Of a stretch of 52,269 nt of DNA, positions 8,504 to 17,986 are shown in pieces. The stretch is taken from positions 1-52,269 of the IMG/VR virus record IMGVR_UViG_3300048076_000002; one strand, given 5' to 3'. Each line of letters opens with the position of its first letter. The stretch's first letter is position 1. The position numbers and the translations under genes were made by a program. Under the pieces are notes generated by a model, which searched no databases, had not been told where the DNA came from, and saw nothing but the letters and a program-made list of their open reading frames with translations. The DNA is from a virus.

Positions 8504-10059
8504 ATTATTGGTCCTGAATGAGGAAGTGATCTGTACACGTTGTAGCACTCACCGGGGAATGATTTCGCATGAGCGTACCGCGTATCGCTTTCATTACTAT
8601 TCCAGGGATTACCCATCGAAGACTCAATCCCGACATGTTGAGTTAATGAAGGGTTATGAATGAATTCTGACACACTACACTCAGCCAGAGCTCCCAGTAC
8701 AGCACCGTCTAAAGCAACATTCCCTAACTGAGCATCATGACGGCGAGTGATAAATCTCCGGCTCGACAACAGCATTTCCACAACATGATGCCGGAACACT
8801 AAAGCTATAGCACCCCGACCGCGTTGATAACCACTCTTACCTCTGTATGCTTCCATCCATCCCGGCTGACGATCATGGATGATCTCTTCGTTTTCCATAA
8901 ATGTCAATAGATTGATATATGAATTTTGAGGAATTTGAGAAAATAATATGTAGTCTTTCAGTCCCTTCACGCAACGAATATCGTCCTGAAAGACAGCGTA
9001 ATACTCACTCCAGGGGTCAGCTGAATACATGTCCAGTAGTGTGCGATGCCAGTGAAATACAGTTCCCATTCGCGGGTACTGCTTAACTACAGCGAGTACC
9101 TGTTGCAACTTATCGTCATTCAACCTGACCGTGCAACTCTGATCATCTGACGCAAAACTGTGCCGAGACTTGATGCTCACATCAGGAACTAAATCACGAA
9201 AGCATTCCCATGACGACATAAGCGAACTGTCGCTAGCGTTCTGCTGTGGACTGTTTGACCGGCTGAACAGGCTATCCCGATCCAAGTATCCATCCACGTA
9301 CAATGTTATCTTGTTAAACCCACCAGCAGCCAATGACAGTAATGAGGATTTAGTGTAAAATGGATTGTTTGCCCGATCCGGTATCGTTGTCATACCACAA
9401 GTCCAAGTGCCGGGGATGAAAGGCATCTGATTCTTTGGATTTGAATCCCCGCCGTTCCATTCATGCACAAGCTGTTTGAGCCTGTCAAAATGACCCAACG
9501 TATCAATAACACGACGGTGGCACAGATGATTAGCGTGATAACCGTACACTACGCCAGGGATACCAAGCTCGCTTATCTTCCGCTTGAATGCTGCTAACGT
9601 GCCGTCGTGGATACTGCCGACGAGTACACGCTCTGGCGGCACAGGCGGCTTAATATCTGCTTTCTGACCACCACTCAACCAGTTATTCACCCATTCACCA
9701 ACAGCGTTAATTTTCTTCTGTCTTTCTTCACAGTTGCAGGGAGCACCCAGCCATCTGGAGTAGCGTTCCTTAGTGATGCCAAAGAATTCCAATCCTTTGG
9801 CAATCTTATCCCCCCAACCGTCCGGCTCATGAATCACCGTATTGTACGAGGTCTCTTCCAAGTCAATACCTGTGAACTCGCTGTATAACTTCCTGGCCAG
9901 CGTTACTTGACTTGACTGACATTGCAGTCGTCGTGTACCGTCAGCCGACATACTGCCGAAGTATAGTTCAAACCGGCCATCAACGAACCTGGCGAACTCT
10001 GCCCGCTGATCTTCTGCAATTTTACCTAGTGGTACGCGGTCGTTTGCTACGGCAGACAT
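8500..10059 (-). CDS. two-domain glycosyltransferase-like protein (paralog of 10123..11079)
   Basis: The C-terminal half shares the blocks TTIPDR, FQDDIRCV, NLLTFMENEE, ALVF and HNPSLTQHVGIESSMGNPW with the next gene. Confidence 0.55.
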   Translation of the reverse strand: MSAVANDRVPLGKIAEDQRAEFARFVDGRFELYFGSMSADGTRRLQCQSSQVTLARKLYSEFTGIDLEETSYNTVIHEPDGWGDKIAKGLEFFGITKERYSRWLGAPCNCEERQKKINAVGEWVNNWLSGGQKADIKPPVPPERVLVGSIHDGTLAAFKRKISELGIPGVVYGYHANHLCHRRVIDTLGHFDRLKQLVHEWNGGDSNPKNQMPFIPGTWTCGMTTIPDRANNPFYTKSSLLSLAAGGFNKITLYVDGYLDRDSLFSRSNSPQQNASDSSLMSSWECFRDLVPDVSIKSRHSFASDDQSCTVRLNDDKLQQVLAVVKQYPRMGTVFHWHRTLLDMYSADPWSEYYAVFQDDIRCVKGLKDYILFSQIPQNSYINLLTFMENEEIIHDRQPGWMEAYRGKSGYQRGRGAIALVFRHHVVEMLLSSRRFITRRHDAQLGNVALDGAVLGALAECSVSEFIHNPSLTQHVGIESSMGNPWNSNESDTRYAHAKSFPGECYNVYRSLPHSGPII

Positions 10060-10122
10060 AGAGCACCTGACTGAGAGTTAAGCAACACCCGACGACAACT
10101 TCTGAGATAGGAATATATTGCG

Positions 10123-11079
10123 TTAGCTTACATGATCCGTGAGTTTAATCAACTGACATGCATCAAACTCTTCCCCCGGAAATATAGGCGACTGAGGATA
10201 GCGTTTTGTGTCTCGCACGTCAACATCGATTTTCTGCCAATGATTTCCCATCGAACTCTTGATGCCGGTGTGTTGTACCAGTGATGGATTATGACAGTAC
10301 TCTTTCCAGCCAGCACGACGCATCGCTTCAACCACCCCGCCATCTAATGCTCGATATCGCAGTTCCGGGTTCCACAGACGTTTGAGCAAACTTGACTGTG
10401 ACATCAAAGCCACTACAGCCTCGTTGCTAAACACCAAAGCAACGCCACCGTATCCATTCTGGTTAGTCTGTCTCCAGCCGTGCTCTAATTTGTTTGGCCA
10501 TTTATCCTCATTGCCCATGAACGTGAATAGGTTACAGTATCCGTTTTGCGGATACGTGGAATTATCCAAGTAGCTCCGTAGGTTTTTACATAACACTATA
10601 TCGTCCTGGAAAATTGCAAACCGCGTTGCATACGGATCGCGAATGTAAAGTTCGAGCAGTGTCAGCAGCCAGTGACCGTACGTGCGAATGTTAGATTCTC
10701 GAAAGACTGTTGGCAGCTTGTAATTACCGTACAGGTCGCTGTGCGGGCTGTCAACAAAGATGATTGGTGATCCGAATCCGGCTTTTACAAGAGAAGCCAT
10801 TGTACGGTCAAATAAGTCTTTCCTGGACGGCACAGTCGTTATCGCGTACATCCATCTTGGCGGACCTATGTACTTTGGGAGTAAGCCTGATTCCCTGTCA
10901 TTCCATTGAGATAAGTAATCCCGCATTTGATTCGCACTACTCTGCGGGGCACTTATTCGCCGCATCCCATCGCCGGTACGACTGCCCTTCACCGCTCCGG
11001 GTATATGCGTGTAAACCGATCGAAGTAATTCGTCGGCTTCATCGTCTTTCACTTTTCCACAGACAACGAGTTTACTCAT
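10123..11079 (-). CDS. GT-A-fold glycosyltransferase-like protein
   Basis: AITTVPSRKDLFDRTMASLVKAGF, the DxD-like FQDDIVLC, and HNPSLVQHTGIKSSMGNHW. Confidence 0.6.
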   Translation of the reverse strand: MSKLVVCGKVKDDEADELLRSVYTHIPGAVKGSRTGDGMRRISAPQSSANQMRDYLSQWNDRESGLLPKYIGPPRWMYAITTVPSRKDLFDRTMASLVKAGFGSPIIFVDSPHSDLYGNYKLPTVFRESNIRTYGHWLLTLLELYIRDPYATRFAIFQDDIVLCKNLRSYLDNSTYPQNGYCNLFTFMGNEDKWPNKLEHGWRQTNQNGYGGVALVFSNEAVVALMSQSSLLKRLWNPELRYRALDGGVVEAMRRAGWKEYCHNPSLVQHTGIKSSMGNHWQKIDVDVRDTKRYPQSPIFPGEEFDACQLIKLTDHVS

Positions 11080-11082
11080 AAG

Positions 11083-11754
11083 TCACACCGGGCCAATCAA
11101 GGACCATAATGGCGGATGTATCGCATGGTTGATTATTAACTGCCCTCTATACGGCCTGGAAGGGTCAGTGAATATAGGACCGATGGAAGTTGGGTAGCAT
11201 CTGTGATTGACAGTATCGTATTCATTTCTTTCAATCGTCTGAGACGTACCCCGCATCTCTGCAAACAAAGCAAAAGCTGCGGAGCCTATCACAGGACCGT
11301 CAGCCGAATTCCGACAACCACGGAATTCTATCGAACGCTGTACGGTTATGAAGGCATTGAGTGGACCGCCAAACCTGATGCTAAGTTTCTTCGTCACTTT
11401 ATGGTAGCATGTCACATTAGATCCGATATTCGAATCGTACACAGGGTACTCTGTTCCTGTAACAATAGATCCTTCCCAAAAGCATTTTCCTATCCGACCA
11501 ACAAGCACAGCATCCACTTCTGCTTTAGTGACGGTGGCTTGTGGGATTAGTTCGTAATTCCAAAACACAAACGAAAAGTAAGGCGGTGCTACTAAGCAGT
11601 CGCTGCATGTGTCTGCCTTAAAACCCGGTCGAGCACAAACAATACAGTTCTTACTCTCATCGTCAACAAGAATTGTTTCCGCTTTTAACTGATTCGTACA
11701 CAGTCCACGGAACCAATCATCGTCTTCGTTGCTCCAGTAATAGCATCCCATCAT
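11083..11754 (-). CDS. Cys-rich tail fibre/receptor-binding module protein
   Basis: Begins with the module CYYWSNEDDDWFRGLCTNQLKAE...NCIVCA, which is shared with the next gene. Located at the distal end of the tail module. Confidence 0.45.
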   Translation of the reverse strand: MMGCYYWSNEDDDWFRGLCTNQLKAETILVDDESKNCIVCARPGFKADTCSDCLVAPPYFSFVFWNYELIPQATVTKAEVDAVLVGRIGKCFWEGSIVTGTEYPVYDSNIGSNVTCYHKVTKKLSIRFGGPLNAFITVQRSIEFRGCRNSADGPVIGSAAFALFAEMRGTSQTIERNEYDTVNHRCYPTSIGPIFTDPSRPYRGQLIINHAIHPPLWSLIGPV

Positions 11755-12209
11755 TCACATCCAGAAATAGCAACCTGTCCTGGAGAACCAGGAAAATCCG
11801 GTGCAACAGGGGAACACCCGACAGAACATTCATTGCTCGCCAGTACCCATATACCACTAAACTCATCCCATATCCAACTGGAGTAGCCAGTACATCCCGG
11901 AATGCTTCCTGTGCCTGTGGCTTGAGGGGCAACGCATACCGAACAGTTTTTATGATCAAAGGTGGTCGTTGAGTCTGAAGTGAGTTTGTTTCTGCATAGC
12001 CCGCTGAAATGCACGTCTTGTTGGGACCATGACACGCATCCATTCTCGCCTGTTACTTTATCAACAAATGCCGTGCCTACCTGAACTGGATGTACACAAA
12101 CTTCACATGTCTCTGTCGTATTAGCTGCTTCTGCCATCAACTGATTCGTGCATAGTCGATTAAACTTAGTGTCAAAGTTTGACCAGGTGTAGCAACTCAT
12201 GTCTAGCAC
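11751..12209 (-). CDS. Cys-rich tail fibre module protein (two internal repeats)
   Basis: Two internal repeats: CYTWSNFDTKFNRLCTNQLMAE...TCEVCV and CVSWSQQDVHFSGLCRNKLTSD...NCSVCV. The C-terminus resembles that of 12203..13327. Confidence 0.45.
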   Translation of the reverse strand: MLDMSCYTWSNFDTKFNRLCTNQLMAEAANTTETCEVCVHPVQVGTAFVDKVTGENGCVSWSQQDVHFSGLCRNKLTSDSTTTFDHKNCSVCVAPQATGTGSIPGCTGYSSWIWDEFSGIWVLASNECSVGCSPVAPDFPGSPGQVAISGCE

Positions 12210-13327
12210 CCTATGCAGTTAGTCGTCGCTTGCTGCCCTTCAAAGCTGCCGTCATAGTCCGGAAAGTCAGGAGTACCTAATCCTACACAGTTATTATTGA
12301 CGATAGACCACGCCCCGCTTATCCATTCGAATGTCGTTGTTCCGCACGGGCTAGATGTGCCTGTCGGCAAGCAATCGTTATACCCAATCAGAATACCAGC
12401 GTCGTATCCTGCCTGATACCCTTCGCTGTATGAGTTATTCCAGGTTCCTGTGCCTGTAATAATTCCTGTGCCTGTACCTGTGCCGGTTTGAAGCGTGCCG
12501 ACTTGCGAAGTTGATGTGCCTAGCGTTCCGCCAGCATTATTGCAGCCAACATACCAGCCACTAAAATACCCGTCAGCGTAGCCCGCAGCATATGCGGCGG
12601 TAGCGGGATCTTCAGGTATTGTGCCCGTGATGCATAGTTCCAGTTTCGTTTTACCGCCGGACGACTTGTAAAACGTCAGTGTACCGTCCATCGTAACTGT
12701 AGGTGTTACATCCTCGCCGTCCAGATTATACGCTACCAAATCATCCCCAACATCCAGCCGCCAGTAGCTCTGGCCGGACACCTTAGTTAGCGTGTAACTC
12801 CCGGCGGGAAGATGTATCGACCCATGCAACTGATTCTCAATCACATCAGATCCAAATCCGACTACCCACTGTGATGTTGTCTCCACGCCATCAACTACGA
12901 TGTCACCATTATCCAGGCAACTACAACCACACCCGTCAGCAGCAGCAGCCCCGCCGCTACCACTTGGCGGTCGATACTCAGCACCGTACCGCTCAACAAA
13001 TATTATGTCGCCCAGTGAAGCCGAGTAGTTAGTGTGCCGGTTCGTGACAGTAACAATATCTGCGTCAGAGTCTGCCTCTTCCATGTCAAGACTGTCGGAC
13101 AGCACGCCTTGCTTGTATCGACGAATCCTGGCTGTAGTCTGTGTATAGCCTGTCAGATCCCCGGTAGCGGCCGCTAAATCTCCCAGCAGTCTAACGTAGT
13201 AGCCTTCATCTTCACGCTGCAACAACTTCGCATCGTCTGCCGGTCCAGGCTGAAACTTACCGCCGAGCACACGTTGATAGATAAGTGACGCATCCTCAAA
13301 TCTATATACGCCTAATGGGTTACTCAT
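12203..13327 (-). CDS. tail fibre/baseplate protein with Gly/Thr-rich linker
   Basis: 374 aa with GTGTGTGIITGTGTW. The C-terminal CGTTTFEWISGAWSIVNNNCVGLGTPDFPDYDG is paralogous to the end of 11751..12209. Confidence 0.45.
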   Translation of the reverse strand: MSNPLGVYRFEDASLIYQRVLGGKFQPGPADDAKLLQREDEGYYVRLLGDLAAATGDLTGYTQTTARIRRYKQGVLSDSLDMEEADSDADIVTVTNRHTNYSASLGDIIFVERYGAEYRPPSGSGGAAAADGCGCSCLDNGDIVVDGVETTSQWVVGFGSDVIENQLHGSIHLPAGSYTLTKVSGQSYWRLDVGDDLVAYNLDGEDVTPTVTMDGTLTFYKSSGGKTKLELCITGTIPEDPATAAYAAGYADGYFSGWYVGCNNAGGTLGTSTSQVGTLQTGTGTGTGIITGTGTWNNSYSEGYQAGYDAGILIGYNDCLPTGTSSPCGTTTFEWISGAWSIVNNNCVGLGTPDFPDYDGSFEGQQATTNCIGC

Positions 13328-13366
13328 GACATGCCTGACAATTTCTGAGAATGAAGTACAGTACGA

Positions 13367-14446
13367 CTACGGAATAACCAAGCCGTTGGTGGATACGAAC
13401 AAGTCAAGGTCCGCCAATTCCGGCAACTCAGGATCAATAATCGCAAAGTCAGTCAGCGGGTTCGCTGTTGGCAGTGTCGCGTAAGGATAGCCCAGACCGG
13501 CTGGCGTAAGTGGCCAGGGTGCTTTCGCGTTGTCACCACGAGAGTTGATAGCGATCGGCATATACGTCGGCAGCGACAGCACACCTATCATGACAAGCTG
13601 CATTGTATGCATCGACACACGGCGGTTAGCTTCACGCCAGTAGCCATGAACATTGCTTGCTCTATTGTCAATCAGGAAGACTGCTGTGAGAGTAATGAAG
13701 TGATGTGTCTCAGTTGCACCAGTTGGCGACTCACCACTCGACAGAGGGATGTTAACTGTGCGGTAGTTTTCAACCGCTGTGCAGGACTTCAACAATACAT
13801 GCTTTGCTGCTTTACTGAAGCACGTATTATCATTCAGCTTGCCAACGTACGGTCTGATATCTGTGGCGTATGTAAAATTATCGTACTCAACATTCCATGT
13901 GAATGTATGTTGTTCAAGTTGAATCTCGGTACTGATGCCCTCAGTCAGCGGTAGTTTATTTGCGTGCCGCAGGATAGTGCCGTTCGCATGGTGGAACGTC
14001 GTGATGCTGACTGTTTCCTGACCGCCGCTCCAGGTAGGCGGTTCGTCCCACGGGTACTTTATGTTAGTAGCACCTGACAGTCGTTTCTTCTGTCCAGTCC
14101 TGCCTCTACCTTGATCCTCACCGGCCAGCGGCTGGTTTATCCACTGTGCTGTCTCATACGTCAGTTCTACGAGCCAGAATGGACGACCGGCTTTATCCGG
14201 ACGAATGCCATCGCACGACTTTAGGATTAAGTCAGCCCGGCCAGGCCAATACGATCTGCCAATTGTAAATGTAGGCTCAGGTGTGATACCGCCATCGTAA
14301 GCCGGTAGCCCTGCTTGGACCGCCATTTCATCCTCAAAAGGGGATTCCATCTTGAGCAGCAGAGTCTTCGATAGGCGCTGTGATCCCCATTCAGCCGTAA
14401 AGCCTACATCATCATAAGGGAATCCGATAAACTCTTCGATTGGCAT
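13367..14446 (-). CDS. tail protein immediately downstream of the tape measure gene (distal tail-like), putative
   Basis: Called on position only. No motif recognised. Confidence 0.35.
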   Translation of the reverse strand: MPIEEFIGFPYDDVGFTAEWGSQRLSKTLLLKMESPFEDEMAVQAGLPAYDGGITPEPTFTIGRSYWPGRADLILKSCDGIRPDKAGRPFWLVELTYETAQWINQPLAGEDQGRGRTGQKKRLSGATNIKYPWDEPPTWSGGQETVSITTFHHANGTILRHANKLPLTEGISTEIQLEQHTFTWNVEYDNFTYATDIRPYVGKLNDNTCFSKAAKHVLLKSCTAVENYRTVNIPLSSGESPTGATETHHFITLTAVFLIDNRASNVHGYWREANRRVSMHTMQLVMIGVLSLPTYMPIAINSRGDNAKAPWPLTPAGLGYPYATLPTANPLTDFAIIDPELPELADLDLFVSTNGLVIP

Positions 14447-14470
14447 GGTGTCACAGTCCGTGCGTATGAA

Positions 14471-14480
14471 TGACAGTAAT
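14471..14480 (+). repeat. TGACAGTAAT motif copy
   Basis: Intergenic. It lies 14 nt after the tape measure stop and 25 nt before ATG 14446. Confidence 0.9.
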
Positions 14481-14494
14481 ACAGAATGACGATC

Positions 14495-16936
14495 TTACGG
14501 TACTACTCGGATAACACCGCCGTTAGCAATAGCATCCCTGATTCCCTGTAGCTCTAATTTCAGTTCAGTTAACTGACGGTTTGGCTTATCATTCCGCTGC
14601 TCGTTAACTTGCTGAAAGGCGTCTGCCTGAGCTTGAAAAGCATTTTGAACCAGAGCACCGTTAAACGGTACGGCTGCATCTTTCTGATCAAGAATATCCT
14701 GCTCAACTCGTGCCTGATTTGCCTTCAGGAATTCCATGTTCATTAGCTGATCAGCACCTAACTGAATCATTCCAGCAGCCCCAAGCATACCAGCAGCCAG
14801 CATACCATCACCCATCAACTGCTGCTGTTGCTTCTGTATCTCCAGCAACGCTTTCTGCCCTTCAGTTGCCTTAGCTTGAAACAGCAAATCTTCTTTCTGC
14901 TGATTTATCTTATCGAACAAGACACGCTGCTCCAGGGCTGCGTTAGCAGCTTCCTGCTCTTTCAGCTTAGCTCGCTTCTCTTCTAATACTATCATCTGAT
15001 TAAGCAATTGTAACCGCTCTTGATCCTGCTTCGATAGTTCTTCACCCGTGCCTGTCAGTGTCTCTCTGATCTCTCTAAGACCTTCAAGATTACCTACCTG
15101 TGTCCAGTCTCCCATCGTGCCCGACGCGAACATATCTTCCAACGTATTTAGTGCTGTTAGGTCATTGTACCATTCATCACTCTGGAATAGAGAACCTGCA
15201 TTCAGGATCTCATACATTTCACGCAACCCGGCAATAGCGTTTTCAGCATTGCCCAAGCGAGCATTATCACGGATGCTCGCCATCAATGCTTCCAGCCGCA
15301 CAGCCGCCTGTACCTCATCTTCAGTACCGTGAACTTTAGTTGCCGCGATTTGTTTCTCAAGCTCGATGACGGAGTTCATTCCACCTAATTGATTCTGTAA
15401 GAATGCTTCGGCTTCGATGTTCGCTTTACGTTGAGCATCTGCAATCTCACGATCTTTTAATGCTTGAGCATTTTTCAGGCTGAATATCTCCTGATCAGCT
15501 TCTTTAACAGAGTCAATGCCGCGTAAGCGTGATGCAAACTGCTGATCACCTTGCATGATGTCACGAGCAATGTCAAACGACTTGAGTCCATGCGTAGCAT
15601 CCTCAAGAGCTTCTGAGAGTGAACGTACATCTTTAGCAGCCGACTTCGCCCACGACCAGGCGGCTACTAAACCAATAGCAGCCACAGGCAGGCCGATAGA
15701 CAAACGTAGGGTAGTCATTAAGCCGTCGTTGAGAATCCCTGATTCTCTGCCAGCTTGAGCCAGGCCGCGAACAACCATTGTCAAGTTGTTGGACGCACCA
15801 AGTAACGCACTGCGTACGTCACCAAACGCCATGCCCTGTATAAAGTCTTCAGCGGCGAATGATGCTTGTGCAAACACACCAGTCATCGCAGCAGCAGCAC
15901 CGTTTTGCTGTTGCATCGCTCTGGTGTTAGCGATGAGTGCTTGCTGTTGACGGATAGTCTGTATTGTCAGATTGGTTGTTGCCCTGGCGGCTTGCTGATC
16001 ACTCAGCATCGTCATATTCGTCTGACGATTTAATCTGTATCGCAGTTCAGTGATACGCTGAATTTGAGCAGCATATCGCTCTTGCAACGTCATGTTACGC
16101 TGAAGAATTGCATTAGCTTCTTGCTGGTCAGCATTATCCTGCCTCGTAGCCGCGTCGTATCCGGCTTGTTGCTGACGCATTCGGTTACGGTTAAAGTCAG
16201 TGTCCTGCTGGTTAATGTAAGGATCACCATACCGCATTCTGTACGAGGATTGATTGGAACGATAACGATCCAACACAGCCATCGCGTCAGCATGTTCTCG
16301 GGCCGCAATCTCTTCCAGACGATAACTTTGTTTAAGATCCTGATAGGCACGCTCACGTTTAGCTTCGGTCGTGTCTTGCTGACGGCGTTCCGCTTGAGCA
16401 CGGACACGAGCAATCTCTCGCATGTTATCCGCGTTCATACGACCTTCACGCTCCTGACGACGCAGATCATCTTTGTACGCAATGAAGTCTGATGCCCGAC
16501 TTGCATCTAACTGCTCAGCGGCACGCTCCTGATTCATTAGTCGGATACGAGCAATCTCCTGCATATTCTGCAAATTGATCGTAGACTGCCGTTCGAGTTC
16601 AGCAAAGTAATCTCTGAGACGGTTATAGTCATCTGACGAATCTGCCGCAACGGGCGGATTCAATGACTGCTGCATTTCTCTAATGCGGTTTATTTCACTG
16701 GTATTGCTCGTATCCCACGACTTCATCTTCTCGCTAATGCTGTACGACGCCATACCTTCAATCAATAACCGCTGAGCATTTATCTCCCTCATCTGCTCAG
16801 AACCAGCTTCTGACATGCCCTTCGTGAGTTCACGCTTCCAGTCTTTGACGGCACGAGTGATTCGACGCATACCAGTTTCTACTCCGGTAGCGTCGATTCC
16901 CATTCGCATTGCGATGTCATTGATGCTATCGCCCAC
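14495..16936 (-). CDS. tail tape measure protein
   Basis: 813 aa, Q/E/R-rich and coiled-coil-like, with a central hydrophobic stretch LSIGLPVAAIGLVAAWSWA. It follows the G/GT chaperone pair. Confidence 0.8.
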   Translation of the reverse strand: MGDSINDIAMRMGIDATGVETGMRRITRAVKDWKRELTKGMSEAGSEQMREINAQRLLIEGMASYSISEKMKSWDTSNTSEINRIREMQQSLNPPVAADSSDDYNRLRDYFAELERQSTINLQNMQEIARIRLMNQERAAEQLDASRASDFIAYKDDLRRQEREGRMNADNMREIARVRAQAERRQQDTTEAKRERAYQDLKQSYRLEEIAAREHADAMAVLDRYRSNQSSYRMRYGDPYINQQDTDFNRNRMRQQQAGYDAATRQDNADQQEANAILQRNMTLQERYAAQIQRITELRYRLNRQTNMTMLSDQQAARATTNLTIQTIRQQQALIANTRAMQQQNGAAAAMTGVFAQASFAAEDFIQGMAFGDVRSALLGASNNLTMVVRGLAQAGRESGILNDGLMTTLRLSIGLPVAAIGLVAAWSWAKSAAKDVRSLSEALEDATHGLKSFDIARDIMQGDQQFASRLRGIDSVKEADQEIFSLKNAQALKDREIADAQRKANIEAEAFLQNQLGGMNSVIELEKQIAATKVHGTEDEVQAAVRLEALMASIRDNARLGNAENAIAGLREMYEILNAGSLFQSDEWYNDLTALNTLEDMFASGTMGDWTQVGNLEGLREIRETLTGTGEELSKQDQERLQLLNQMIVLEEKRAKLKEQEAANAALEQRVLFDKINQQKEDLLFQAKATEGQKALLEIQKQQQQLMGDGMLAAGMLGAAGMIQLGADQLMNMEFLKANQARVEQDILDQKDAAVPFNGALVQNAFQAQADAFQQVNEQRNDKPNRQLTELKLELQGIRDAIANGGVIRVVP

Positions 16937-17240
16937 GTTTTCCTATTCCTTTGATAGCACTGGCAATTGCCATGAATCCAGCACGTATTGACGACACTGG
17001 TTGGCGAACGATCTTAATCATTCGATACGTGTAGCCTTTAAGGACGGTCATGTCTTTAATAGCCCACGGTTCAAATTTACGATCTTTGCTGTTCGATATT
17101 CGAGCCAAGTGCATGGCATGAAGATCGTCATTCATGCCCCAACGATAGTGCTGCCAAAATAACTTATGCCTATTAAACTCCCGTATTGGCATTTCACCAA
17201 TCTCGTACTCACTCTTTCCCCAACGGGAGCATAGGAACAT
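16926..17240 (-). CDS. tail assembly chaperone T segment (expressed as a GT fusion by -1 frameshift)
   Basis: Its reading frame stays open upstream as far as the slippery site at 17273..17279. Confidence 0.6.
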   Translation of the reverse strand: MFLCSRWGKSEYEIGEMPIREFNRHKLFWQHYRWGMNDDLHAMHLARISNSKDRKFEPWAIKDMTVLKGYTYRMIKIVRQPVSSIRAGFMAIASAIKGIGKRGR

Positions 17241-17746
17241 CAGGAACCAGCAATCGTCGGTTGGCTCACCGAGTTTTTTAGTGATTCCTTGATCGGCCAG
17301 ATTGTCTCTCTCAGAGCTTCCTGAATTTCTTCCAAGTCCACCACATTGATTGACTCATATAATTCAGCCATCATTCTGCTCAAATAATCCCGCTGAGTTA
17401 CTGGCGGCATTGCCGGATCTACAACAACAGGTTCCTTGAACAGCACCATCATAGAGTTGATTGCTGTCGTCAACCGCATACTCGACTCAGGATTAAATGG
17501 GCAGTTATGCGGATCAACCGAGTTCAAATTGCGAGCCAGAATCGTGAAGTACGGGATGTTATCAACGTACAAACACGCCAGAATACGCATTGCGACAAAT
17601 GATCCTTTTGGACCATGACCTTTATCGTCTTTCTCCAACACATCCATCGCATCACACAACGCTGTGACGGTGGCGGCTGACGGTTCACGAAGTTCCGCAG
17701 TCGGGCAGGAAGACATTACATGTACGTTTGAAGCACGGAATAACAT
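17240..17746 (-). CDS. tail assembly chaperone G
   Basis: 168 aa, lying between the major tail and tape measure genes. Carries an in-phase A AAA AAC heptamer near its 3' end. Confidence 0.65.
   Translation of the reverse strand: MLFRASNVHVMSSCPTAELREPSAATVTALCDAMDVLEKDDKGHGPKGSFVAMRILACLYVDNIPYFTILARNLNSVDPHNCPFNPESSMRLTTAINSMMVLFKEPVVVDPAMPPVTQRDYLSRMMAELYESINVVDLEEIQEALRETIWPIKESLKNSVSQPTIAGS
17273..17279 (-). other. -1 programmed ribosomal frameshift slippery heptamer A AAA AAC
   Basis: The minus-sense codons read cuA AAA AAC in the zero frame of 17240..17746. The -1 frame then continues without a stop into 16926..17240. The predicted GT product is 158+115 = 273 aa. Confidence 0.7.
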
Positions 17747-17842
17747 ATCACTGACTTTCTGAGAGTTGCTTTCGTACTGACGTTACTCAAATCACAAAAT
17801 CTGATTCCCGTCAATACTTTCTGAGAGTTAAAGATATTAAAG

Positions 17843-17924
17843 TCTGACGGGAGTTAGTCACCTGACGAACACATCTTGCGTCCGTCTGCTCGTATCCATA
17901 CGAGCAGTGCTCACTCCCGTCAGA
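17843..17924 (-). other. nested stem-loop in the spacer after the major tail gene
   Basis: Outer 12-bp inverted repeat TCTGACGGGAGT / ACTCCCGTCAGA. Inner 9-bp stem CTGCTCGTA-tcca-TACGAGCAG. Confidence 0.55.
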
Positions 17925-17976
17925 CAGTTCGCCCGGTAATTGGCAGAACTGGCATCAATGCACCGTGCTGGTGCCC

Positions 17977-17986
17977 TGACAGTAAT
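17977..17986 (+). repeat. TGACAGTAAT motif copy
   Basis: Lies in the 313-nt spacer after the major tail gene. Confidence 0.9.
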
